Part shown: piece by piece, positions 44,901 through 58,000 of the stretch
How the letters are laid out: each line of letters opens with the position of its first letter
Position numbering within the stretch: the stretch's first letter is position 1
Assembly (NCBI GenBank): GCA_964057225.1
Contig: OZ059895.1
Span: 23,870,001 to 23,934,000 of the forward strand
From: Auanema rhodensis
Lineage: Eukaryota; Animalia; Nematoda
Direction: 5' to 3'
DNA: 64,000 nt
Made by a program: the position numbers and the translations under genes
Notes under the pieces: model-generated
What the model saw: only the letters and a program-made list of their open reading frames with translations
Databases searched by the model: none
What the model was told of the DNA's origin: nothing

Positions 44901-47900
44901 AAAATTAGATTCCCCATGTCCATATGAGTCTAAAAACAAATTTTAATTGATATTGGTGCATGGTAACCATGACTTTGAAATTTACGTGAACTTTAATTTA
45001 TGCTAATTAAATGTACACGTGATGTGCACTTGGTATGTAACTCGCTTCACGTGAAAGATAAAGAGATGCGGTTTTCAAAATTAGATTCCCCATGTCCATA
45101 TTAGTCTAAAAACGAATTTTTATTGATATTGGTGCATGGTAACCACGACTTTGAAATTTACGTGAACTTTAATTTATGCTAATTAAATGTACACGTGATG
45201 TGCACTTGGTATGTAACTCGCTTCACGTGAAAGATAAAGAGATGCGGTTTTCAAAATTAGATTCCTCATGTCCATATTAGTCTAAAAACAAATTTTTATT
45301 GATATTGGTGCATGGTAACCATGACTTTGAAATTTACGTGAACTTTAATTTATGCTAATTAAATGTACACGTGATGTGCACTTGGTATGTAACTCGCTTC
45401 ACGTGAAAGATAAAGAGATGCGGTTTTCAAAATTAGATTCCTCATGTCCATATTAGTCTAAAAACAAATTTTTATTGATATTGGTGCATGGTAACCATGA
45501 CTTTGAAATTTACGTGAACTTTAATTTATGCTAATTAAATGTACACGTGATGTGCACTTGGTATGTAACTCGCTTCACGTGAAAGATAAAGAGATGCGGT
45601 TTTCAAAATTTGATTCCCCATGTCCATATTAGTCTAAAAACAAATTTTTATTGATATTGGTGCATGGTAACCATGACTTTGAAATTTACGTGAACTTTAA
45701 TTTATGCTAATTAAATGTACACGTGATGTGCACTTGGTATGTAACTCGCTTCACGTGAAAGATAAAGAGATGCGGTTTTCAAAATTAGATTCCTCATGTC
45801 CATATTAGTCTAAAAACAAATTTTTATTGATATTGGTTCATGGTAACCATGACTTTGAAATTTACGTGAACTTTAATTTATGCTAATTAAATGTACACGT
45901 GATGTGCACTTGGTATGTAACTCGCTTCACGTGAAAGATAAAGAGATGCGGTTTTCAAAATTAGATTCCCCATGTCCATATTAGTCAAAAAACAAATTTT
46001 TATTGATATTGGTTCATGGTAACCATGACTTTGAAATTTACGTGAACTTTAATTTATGCTAATTAAATGTACACGTGATGTGCACTTGGTATGTAACTCG
46101 CTTCACGTGAAAGATAAAGAGATGCGGTTTTCAAAATTTGATTCCCCATGTCCATATTAGTCTAAAAACAAATTTTTATTGATATTGGTGCATGGTAACC
46201 ATGACTTTGAAATTTACGTGAACTTTAATTTATGCTAATTAAATGTACACGTGATGTGCACTTGGTATAAAACTCGCTTCACGTGAAAGATAAAGAGATG
46301 CGGTTTTCAAAATTAGATTCCTCATGTCCATATTAGTCTAAAAACAAATTTTTATTGATATTGGTTCATGGTAACCATGACTTTGAAATTTACGTGAACT
46401 TTAATTTATGCTAATTAAATGTACACGTGATGTGCACTTGGTATGTAACTCGCTTCACGTGAAAGATAAAGAGATGCGGTTTTCAAAATTTGATTCCCCA
46501 TGTCCATATTAGTCTAAAAACAAATTTTTATTGATATTGGTGCATGGTAACCATGACTTTGAAATTTACGTGAACTTTAATTTATGCTAATTAAATGTAC
46601 ACGTGATGTGCACTTGGTATGTAACTCGCTTCACGTGAAAGATAAAGAGATGCGGTTTTCAAAATTAGATTCCCCATGTCCATATTAGTCTAAAAACAAA
46701 TTTTTATTGATATTGGTGCATGGTAACCATGACTTTGAAATTTACGTGAACTTTAATTTATGCTAATTAAATGTACACGTGATGTGCACTTGGTATGTAA
46801 CTCGCTTCACGTGAAAGATAAAGAGATGCGGTTTTCAAAATTAGATTCCTCATGTCCATATTAGTCTAAAAACAAATTTTTATTGATATTGGTGCATGGT
46901 AACCATGACTTTGATATTTACGTGAACTTTAATTTATGCTAATTAAATGTACACGTGATATGCACTTGGTATGTAACTCGCTTCACGTGAAAGATAAAGA
47001 GATGCGGTTTTCAAAGTTAGGTTCCCCATGTCCATATTAGTCTAAAAACGAATTTTTATTGATATTGGTGCATGGTAACCACGACTTTGAAATTTACGTG
47101 AACTTTAATTTATGCTAATTAAATGTACACGTGATGTGCACTTGGTATGTAACTCGCTTCACGTGAAAGATAAAGAGATGCGGTTTTCAAAATTAGATTC
47201 CCCATGTCCATATGAGTCTAAAAACAAATTTTAATTGATATTGGTGCATGGTAACCATGACTTTGAAATTTACGTGAACTTTAATTTATGCTAATTAAAT
47301 GTACACGTGATGTGCACTTGGTATGTAACTCGCTTCACGTGAAAGATAAAGAGATGCGGTTTTCAAAATTAGATTCCCCATGTCCATATTAGTCTAAAAA
47401 CGAATTTTTATTGATATTGGTGCATGGTAACCACGACTTTGAAATTTACGTGAACTTTAATTTATGCTAATTAAATGTACACGTGATGTGCACTTGGTAT
47501 GTAACTCGCTTCACGTGAAAGATAAAGAGATGCGGTTTTCAAAATTAGATTCCTCATGTCCATATTAGTCTAAAAACAAATTTTTATTGATATTGGTGCA
47601 TGGTAACCATGACTTTGAAATTTACGTGAACTTTAATTTATGCTAATTAAATGTACACGTGATGTGCACTTGGTATGTAACTCGCTTCACGTGAAAGATA
47701 AAGAGATGCGGTTTTCAAAATTAGATTCCCCATGTCCATATTAGTCTAAAAAAAAATTTTTATTGATATTGGTGCATGGTAACCATGACTTTGAAATTTA
47801 CGCGAACTTTAATTTATGCTAATTAAATGTACACTTGATGTGCACTTGGTATGTAACTCGCTTCACGTGAAAGATAAAGAAATGCGGTTTTCAAAATTAG

Positions 47901-50900
47901 ATTCCCCATGTCCATATTAGTCTAAAAACAAATTTTTATTGATATTGGTTCATGGTAACCATGACTTTGAAATTTACGTGAACTTTAATTTATGCTAATT
48001 AAATGTACACGTGATGTGCACTTGGTATGTAACTCGCTTCACGTGAAAGATAAAGAGATGCGGTTTTCAAAATTAGATTCCCCATGTCCATATTAGTCTA
48101 AACACAAATTTTTATTGATATTGGTTCATGGTAACCATGACTTTGAAATTTACGTGAACTTTAATTTATGCTAATTAAATGTACACGTGATGTGCACTTG
48201 GTATGTAACTCGCTTCACGTGAAAGATAAAGAGATGCGGTTTTCAAAATTAGATTCACCATGTCCATATTAGTCTAAAAACAAATTTTTATTGATATTGG
48301 TGCATGGTAACCATGACTTTGAAATTTACGTGAACTTTAATTTATGCTAATTAAATGTACACGTGATGTGCACTTGGTATGTAACTTGCTTCACGTGAAA
48401 GATAAAGAGATGCGGTTTTCAAAATTAGATTCCCCATGTCCATATTAGTCTAAACACAAATTTTTATTGATATTGGTTCATGGTAACCATGACTTTGAAA
48501 TTTACGTGAACTTTAATTTATGCTAATTAAATGTACACGTGATGTGCACTTGGTATGTAACTCGCTTCACGTGTAAGATAAAGAGATGCGGTTTACAAAA
48601 TTAGATTCCCCATGTCCATATTAGTCTAAAAACAAATTTTTATTGATATTGGTGCATGGTAACCATGACTTTGAAATTTACGTGAACTTTAATTTATGCT
48701 AATTAAATGTACACGTGATGTGCACTTGGTATGTAACTCGCTTCACGTGAAAGATAAAGAGATGCGGTTTTCAAAATTAGATTCCCCATGTCCATATTAG
48801 TCTAAAAACAAATTTTTATTGATATTGGTTCATGGTAACCATGACTTTGAAATTTACGTGAACTTTAATTTATGCTAATTAAATGTACACGTGATGTGCA
48901 CTTGGTATGTAACTCGCTTCACGTGAAAGATAAAGAGATGCGGTTTTCAAAATTAGATTCCCCATGTCCATATTAGTCAAAAAACAAATTTTTATTGATA
49001 TTGGTTCATGGTAACCATGACTTTGAAATTTACGTGAACTTTAATTTATGCTAATTAAATGTACACGTGATGTGCACTTGGTATGTAACTCGCTTCACGT
49101 GAAAGATAAAGAGATGCGGTTTTCAAAATTTGATTCCCCATGTCCATATTAGTCTAAAAACAAATTTTTATTGATATTGGTGCATGGTAACCATGACTTT
49201 GAAATTTACGTGAACTTTAATTTATGCTAATTAAATGTACACGTGATGTGCACTTGGTATAAAACTCGCTTCACGTGAAAGATAAAGAGATGCGGTTTTC
49301 AAAATTAGATTCCTCATGTCCATATTAGTCTAAAAACAAATTTTTATTGATATTGGTTCATGGTAACCATGACTTTGAAATTTACGTGAACTTTAATTTA
49401 TGCTAATTAAATGTACACGTGATGTGCACTTGGTATGTAACTCGCTTCACGTGAAAGATAAAGAGATGCGGTTTTCAAAATTTGATTCCCCATGTCCATA
49501 TTAGTCTAAAAACAAATTTTTATTGATATTGGTGCATGGTAACCATGACTTTGAAATTTACGTGAACTTTAATTTATGCTAATTAAATGTACACGTGATG
49601 TGCACTTGGTATGTAACTCGCTTCACGTGAAAGATAAAGAGATGCGGTTTTCAAAATTAGATTCCCCATGTCCATATTAGTCTAAAAACAAATTTTTATT
49701 GATATTGGTGCATGGTAACCATGACTTTGAAATTTACGTGAACTTTAATTTATGCTAATTAAATGTACACGTGATGTGCACTTGGTATGTAACTCGCTTC
49801 ACGTGAAAGATAAAGAGATGCGGTTTTCAAAATTAGATTCCTCATGTCCATATTAGTCTAAAAACAAATTTTTATTGATATTGGTGCATGGTAACCATGA
49901 CTTTGATATTTACGTGAACTTTAATTTATGCTAATTAAATGTACACGTGATATGCACTTGGTATGTAACTCGCTTCACGTGAAAGATAAAGAGATGCGGT
50001 TTTCAAAGTTAGGTTCCCCATGTCCATATTAGTCTAAAAACGAATTTTTATTGATATTGGTGCATGGTAACCACGACTTTGAAATTTACGTGAACTTTAA
50101 TTTATGCTAATTAAATGTACACGTGATGTGCACTTGGTATGTAACTCGCTTCACGTGAAAGATAAAGAGATGCGGTTTTCAAAATTAGATTCCCCATGTC
50201 CATATGAGTCTAAAAACAAATTTTAATTGATATTGGTGCATGGTAACCATGACTTTGAAATTTACGTGAACTTTAATTTATGCTAATTAAATGTACACGT
50301 GATGTGCACTTGGTATGTAACTCGCTTCACGTGAAAGATAAAGAGATGCGGTTTTCAAAATTAGATTCCCCATGTCCATATTAGTCTAAAAACGAATTTT
50401 TATTGATATTGGTGCATGGTAACCACGACTTTGAAATTTACGTGAACTTTAATTTATGCTAATTAAATGTACACGTGATGTGCACTTGGTATGTAACTCG
50501 CTTCACGTGAAAGATAAAGAGATGCGGTTTTCAAAATTAGATTCCTCATGTCCATATTAGTCTAAAAACAAATTTTTATTGATATTGGTGCATGGTAACC
50601 ATGACTTTGAAATTTACGTGAACTTTAATTTATGCTAATTAAATGTACACGTGATGTGCACTTGGTATGTAACTCGCTTCACGTGAAAGATAAAGAGATG
50701 CGGTTTTCAAAATTAGATTCCCCATGTCCATATTAGTCTAAAAAAAAATTTTTATTGATATTGGTGCATGGTAACCATGACTTTGAAATTTACGCGAACT
50801 TTAATTTATGCTAATTAAATGTACACTTGATGTGCACTTGGTATGTAACTCGCTTCACGTGAAAGATAAAGAAATGCGGTTTTCAAAATTAGATTCCCCA

Positions 50901-53680
50901 TGTCCATATTAGTCTAAAAACAAATTTTTATTGATATTGGTTCATGGTAACCATGACTTTGAAATTTACGTGAACTTTAATTTATGCTAATTAAATGTAC
51001 ACGTGATGTGCACTTGGTATGTAACTCGCTTCACGTGAAAGATAAAGAGATGCGGTTTTCAAAATTAGATTCCCCATGTCCATATTAGTCTAAACACAAA
51101 TTTTTATTGATATTGGTTCATGGTAACCATGACTTTGAAATTTACGTGAACTTTAATTTATGCTAATTAAATGTACACGTGATGTGCACTTGGTATGTAA
51201 CTCGCTTCACGTGAAAGATAAAGAGATGCGGTTTTCAAAATTAGATTCACCATGTCCATATTAGTCTAAAAACAAATTTTTATTGATATTGGTGCATGGT
51301 AACCATGACTTTGAAATTTACGTGAACTTTAATTTATGCTAATTAAATGTACACGTGATGTGCACTTGGTATGTAACTCGCTTCACGTGAAAGATAAAGA
51401 GATGCGGTTTTCAAAATTAGATTCCCCATGTCCATATTAGTCTAAACACAAATTTTTATTGATATTGGTTCATGGTAACCATGACTTTGAAATTTACGTG
51501 AACTTTAATTTATGCTAATTAAATGTACACGTGATGTGCACTTGGTATGTAACTCGCTTCACGTGTAAGATAAAGAGATGCGGTTTACAAAATTAGATTC
51601 CCCATGTCCATATTAGTCTAAAAACAAATTTTTATTGATATTGGTGCATGGTAACCATGACTTTGAAATTTACGTGAACTTTAATTTATGCTAATTAAAT
51701 GTACACGTGATGTGCACTTGGTATGTAACTCGCTTCACGTGAAAGATAAAGAGATGCGGTTTTCAAAATTAGATTCCCCATGTCCATATTAGTCTAAAAA
51801 CAAATTTTTATTGATATTGGTTCATGGTAACCATGACTTTGAAATTTACGTGAACTTTAATTTATGCTAATTAAATGTACACGTGATGTGCACTTGGTAT
51901 GTAACTCGCTTCACGTGAAAGATAAAGAGATGCGGTTTTCAAAATTAGATTCCCCATGTCCATATTAGTCTAAAAACAAATTTTTATTGATATTGGTGCA
52001 TGGTAACCATGACTTTGAAATTTACGTGAACTTTAATTTATGCTAATTAAATGTACACGTGATGTGCACTTGGTATGTAACTCGCTTCACGTGAAAGATA
52101 AAGAGATGCGGTTTTCAAAATTAGATTCCCCATGTCCATATTAGTCAAAAAACAAATTTTTATTGATATTGGTTCATGGTAACCATGACTTTGAAATTTA
52201 CGTGAACTTTAATTTATGCTAATTAAATGTACACGTGATGTGCACTTGGTATGTAACTCGCTTCACGTGAAAGATAAAGAGATGCGGTTTTCAAAATTTG
52301 ATTCCCCATGTCCATATTAGTCTAAAAACAAATTTTTATTGATATTGGTGCATGGTAACCATGACTTTGAAATTTACGTGAACTTTAATTTATGCTAATT
52401 AAATGTACACGTGATGTGCACTTGGTATAAAACTCGCTTCACGTGAAAGATAAAGAGATGCGGTTTTCAAAATTAGATTCCTCATGTCCATATTAGTCTA
52501 AAAACAAATTTTTATTGATATTGGTTCATGGTAACCATGACTTTGAAATTTACGTGAACTTTAATTTATGCTAATTAAATGTACACGTGATGTGCACTTG
52601 GTATGTAACTCGCTTCACGTGAAAGATAAAGAGATGCGGTTTTCAAAATTTGATTCCCCATGTCCATATTAGTCTAAAAACAAATTTTTATTGATATTGG
52701 TGCATGGTAACCATGACTTTGAAATTTACGTGAACTTTAATTTATGCTAATTAAATGTACACGTGATGTGCACTTGGTATGTAACTCGCTTCACGTGAAA
52801 GATAAAGAGATGCGGTTTTCAAAATTAGATTCCCCATGTCCATATTAGTCTAAAAACAAATTTTTATTGATATTGGTGCATGGTAACCATGACTTTGAAA
52901 TTTACGTGAACTTTAATTTATGCTAATTAAATGTACACGTGATGTGCACTTGGTATGTAACTCGCTTCACGTGAAAGATAAAGAGATGCGGTTTTCAAAA
53001 TTAGATTCCTCATGTCCATATTAGTCTAAAAACAAATTTTTATTGATATTGGTGCATGGTAACCATGACTTTGATATTTACGTGAACTTTAATTTATGCT
53101 AATTAAATGTACACGTGATATGCACTTGGTATGTAACTCGCTTCACGTGAAAGATAAAGAGATGCGGTTTTCAAAGTTAGGTTCCCCATGTCCATATTAG
53201 TCTAAAAACGAATTTTTATTGATATTGGTGCATGGTAACCACGACTTTGAAATTTACGTGAACTTTAATTTATGCTAATTAAATGTACACGTGATGTGCA
53301 CTTGGTATGTAACTCGCTTCACGTGAAAGATAAAGAGATGCGGTTTTCAAAATTAGATTCCCCATGTCCATATGAGTCTAAAAACAAATTTTAATTGATA
53401 TTGGTGCATGGTAACCATGACTTTGAAATTTACGTGAACTTTAATTTATGCTAATTAAATGTACACGTGATGTGCACTTGGTATGTAACTCGCTTCACGT
53501 GAAAGATAAAGAGATGCGGTTTTCAAAATTAGATTCCCCATGTCCATATTAGTCTAAAAACGAATTTTTATTGATATTGGTGCATGGTAACCACGACTTT
53601 GAAATTTACGTGAACTTTAATTTATGCTAATTAAATGTACACGTGATGTGCACTTGGTATGTAACTCGCTTCACGTGAAA
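32913..53680 (+). repeat. Variable-length higher-order repeat family built on a conserved 8-monomer core cassette (7 copies)
   Basis: The diagnostic TATAAAACTC variant (G157A+T158A) occurs at 33069, 35885, 41165, 43981, 46269, 49261 and 52429. Each is followed by the same ordered variants: A99T+G144A; A24G+A29G+A58G+T90C; T46G+T65A; A58G+T90C. Confidence 0.92.
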
Positions 53681-55088
53681 GATAAAGAGATGCGGTTTTC
53701 AAAATTAGATTCCTCATGTCCATATTAGTCTAAAAACAAATTTTTATTGATATTGGTGCATGGTAACCATGACTTTGAAATTTACGTGAACTTTAATTTA
53801 TGCTAATTAAATGTACACGTGATGTGCACTTGGTATGTAACTCGCTTCACGTGAAAGATAAAGAGATGCGGTTTTCAAAATTAGATTCCCCATGTCCATA
53901 TTAGTCTAAAAAAAAATTTTTATTGATATTGGTGCATGGTAACCATGACTTTGAAATTTACGCGAACTTTAATTTATGCTAATTAAATGTACACTTGATG
54001 TGCACTTGGTATGTAACTCGCTTCACGTGAAAGATAAAGAAATGCGGTTTTCAAAATTAGATTCCCCATGTCCATATTAGTCTAAAAACAAATTTTTATT
54101 GATATTGGTTCATGGTAACCATGACTTTGAAATTTACGTGAACTTTAATTTATGCTAATTAAATGTACACGTGATGTGCACTTGGTATGTAACTCGCTTC
54201 ACGTGAAAGATAAAGAGATGCGGTTTTCAAAATTAGATTCCCCATGTCCATATTAGTCTAAACACAAATTTTTATTGATATTGGTTCATGGTAACCATGA
54301 CTTTGAAATTTACGTGAACTTTAATTTATGCTAATTAAATGTACACGTGATGTGCACTTGGTATGTAACTCGCTTCACGTGAAAGATAAAGAGATGCGGT
54401 TTTCAAAATTAGATTCACCATGTCCATATTAGTCTAAAAACAAATTTTTATTGATATTGGTGCATGGTAACCATGACTTTGAAATTTACGTGAACTTTAA
54501 TTTATGCTAATTAAATGTACACGTGATGTGCACTTGGTATGTAACTCGCTTCACGTGAAAGATAAAGAGATGCGGTTTTCAAAATTAGATTCCCCATGTC
54601 CATATTAGTCTAAACACAAATTTTTATTGATATTGGTTCATGGTAACCATGACTTTGAAATTTACGTGAACTTTAATTTATGCTAATTAAATGTACACGT
54701 GATGTGCACTTGGTATGTAACTCGCTTCACGTGTAAGATAAAGAGATGCGGTTTACAAAATTAGATTCCCCATGTCCATATTAGTCTAAAAACAAATTTT
54801 TATTGATATTGGTGCATGGTAACCATGACTTTGAAATTTACGTGAACTTTAATTTATGCTAATTAAATGTACACGTGATGTGCACTTGGTATGTAACTCG
54901 CTTCACGTGAAAGATAAAGAGATGCGGTTTTCAAAATTAGATTCCCCATGTCCATATTAGTCTAAAAACAAATTTTTATTGATATTGGTTCATGGTAACC
55001 ATGACTTTGAAATTTACGTGAACTTTAATTTATGCTAATTAAATGTACACGTGATGTGCACTTGGTATGTAACTCGCTTCACGTGAAA
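45937..55088 (+). repeat. 17/18-monomer higher-order repeat, three tandem copies
   Basis: The C57A+T107C+G139T monomer has C57A at 47753, 50745 and 53913 (offsets 2992 and 3168 bp). Each copy is followed by G9A, A55C, C33A, A55C+A174T and T19A in the same order. Confidence 0.9.
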
Positions 55089-58000
55089 GATAAAGAGATG
55101 CGGTTTTCAAAATTAGATTCCCCATGTCCATATTAGTCTAAAAACAAATTTTTATTGATATTGGTGCATGGTAACCATGACTTTGAAATTTACGTGAACT
55201 TTAATTTATGCTAATTAAATGTACACGTGATGTGCACTTGGTATGTAACTCGCTTCACGTGAAAGATAAAGAGATGCGGTTTTCAAAATTAGATTCCCCA
55301 TGTCCATATTAGTCTAAAAACAAATTTTTATTGATATTGGTTCATGGTAACCATGACTTTGAAATTTACGTGAACTTTAATTTATGCTAATTAAATGTAC
55401 ACGTGATGTGCACTTGGTATGTAACTCGCTTCACGTGAAAGATAAAGAGATGCGGTTTTCAAAATTAGATTCACCATGTCCATATTAGTCTAAAAACAAA
55501 TTTTTATTGATATTGGTGCATGGTAACCATGACTTTGAAATTTACGTGAACTTTAATTTATTCTAATTAAATGTACACGTGATGTGCACTTGGTATGTAA
55601 CTCGCTTCACGTGAAAGATAAAGAGATGCGGTTTTCAAAATTAGATTCCCCATGTCCATATTAGTCTAAAAACAAATTTTTATTGATATTGGTGCATGGT
55701 AACCATGACTTTGAAATTTACGTGAACTTTAATTTATGCTAATTAAATGTACACGTGATGTGCACTTGGTATGTAACTCGCTTCACGTGAAAGATAAAGA
55801 GATGCGGTTTTCAAAATTAGATTCCCCATGTCCATATTAGTCTAAAAACAAATTTTTATTGATATTGGTGCATGGTAACCATGACTTTGAAATTTACGTG
55901 AACTTTAATTTATGCTAATTAAATGTACACTTGATGTGCACTTGGTATGTAACTCGCTTCACGTGAAAGATGAAGAGATGCGGTTCTCAAAATTAGATTC
56001 CCCATGTCCATATTAGTCTAAAAACAAATTTTTATTGATATTGGTGCATGGTAACCATGACTTTGAAATTTACGTGAACTTTAATTTATGCTAATTAAAT
56101 GTACACGTGATGTGCACTTGGTATGTAACTCGCTTCACGTGAAAGATAAAGAGATGCGGTTTTCAAAATTAGATTCCCCATGTCCATATTAGTCTAAAAA
56201 CAAATTTTTATTGATATTGGTGCATGGTAACCATGACTTTGAAATTTACGTGAACTTTAATTTATTCTAATTAAATGTACACGTGATGTGCACTTGGTAT
56301 GTAACTCGCTTCACGTGAAAGATGAAGAGATGCGGTTCTCAAAATTAGATTCCCCATGTCCATATTAGTCTAAAAACAAATTTTTATTGATATTGGTGCA
56401 TGGTAACCATGACTTTGAAATTTACGTGAACTTTAATTTATTCTAATTAAATGTACACGTGATGTGCACTTGGTATGTAACTCGCTTCACGTGAAAGATA
56501 AAGAGATGCGGTTTTCAAAATTAGATTCCCCATGTCCATATTAGTCTAAAAACAAATTTTTATTGATATTGGTGCATGGTAACCATGACTTTGAAATTTA
56601 CGTGAACTTTAATTTATGCTAATTAAATGTACACGTGATGTGCACTTGGTATGTAACTCGCTTCACGTGAAAGATAAAGAGATGCGGTTTTCAAAATTAG
56701 ATTCCCCATGTCCATATTAGTCTAAAAACAAATTTTTATTGATATTGGTGCATGGTAACCATGACTTTGAAATTTACGTGAACTTTAATTTATGCTAATT
56801 AAATGTACACTTGATGTGCACTTGGTATGTAACTCGCTTCACGTGAAAGATGAAGAGATGCGGTTCTCAAAATTAGATTCCCCATGTCCATATTAGTCTA
56901 AAAACAAATTTTTATTGATATTGGTGCATGGTAACCATGACTTTGAAATTTACGTGAACTTTAATTTATGCTAATTAAATGTACACGTGATGTGCACTTG
57001 GTATGTAACTCGCTTCACGTGAAAGATAAAGAGATGCGGTTTTCAAAATTAGATTCCCCATGTCCATATTAGTCTAAAAACAAATTTTTATTGATATTGG
57101 TGCATGGTAACCATGACTTTGAAATTTACGTGAACTTTAATTTATACTAATTAAATGTACACGTGATGTGCACTTGGTATGTAACTCGCTTCACGTGAAA
57201 GATAAAGAGATGCGGTTTTCAAAATTAGATTCCCCATGTCCATATTAGTCTAAAAACAAATTTTTATTGATATTGCTTCATGGTAACCATGACTTTGAAT
57301 TTTACGTGAACTTTAATTTATGCTAATTAAATGTACACGTGATGTGCACTTGGTATGTAACTCGCTTCACGTAAAAGATAAAGAAATGCGGTTTTCAAAA
57401 ATAGATTCCCCATGTCCATATTAGTCTAAAAACAAATTTTTATTGATATTGGTTCATGGTAATCATGACTTTGAAATTTACGTGAACTTTAATTTATGCT
57501 AATTAAATGTACACGTGATGTGCACTTGGTATGTAACTCGCTTCACGTGAAAGATAAAGAGATGCGGTTTTCAAAATTAGATTCCCCATGTCCATATTAG
57601 TCTAAAAACAAATTTTTATTGATATTGCTTCATGGTAACCATGACTTTGAATTTTACGTGAACTTTAATTTATGCTAATTAAATGTACACGTGATGTGCA
57701 CTTGGTATGTAACTCGCTTCACGTGAATGATAAAGAAATGCGGTTCTCAAAATTAGATTCCCCATGTCCATATTAGTCTAAAAACAAATTTTTATTGATA
57801 TTGGTTCATGGTAACCATGACTTTGAAATTTACGTGAACTTTAATTTATGCTAATTAAATGTACACGTGATGTGCACTTGGTATGTAACTCGCTTCACGT
57901 GAAAGATAAAGAGATGCGGTTTTCAAAATTAGATTCCCCATGTCCATATTAGTCTAAAAACAAATTTTTATTGATATTGCTTCATGGTAACCATGACTTT

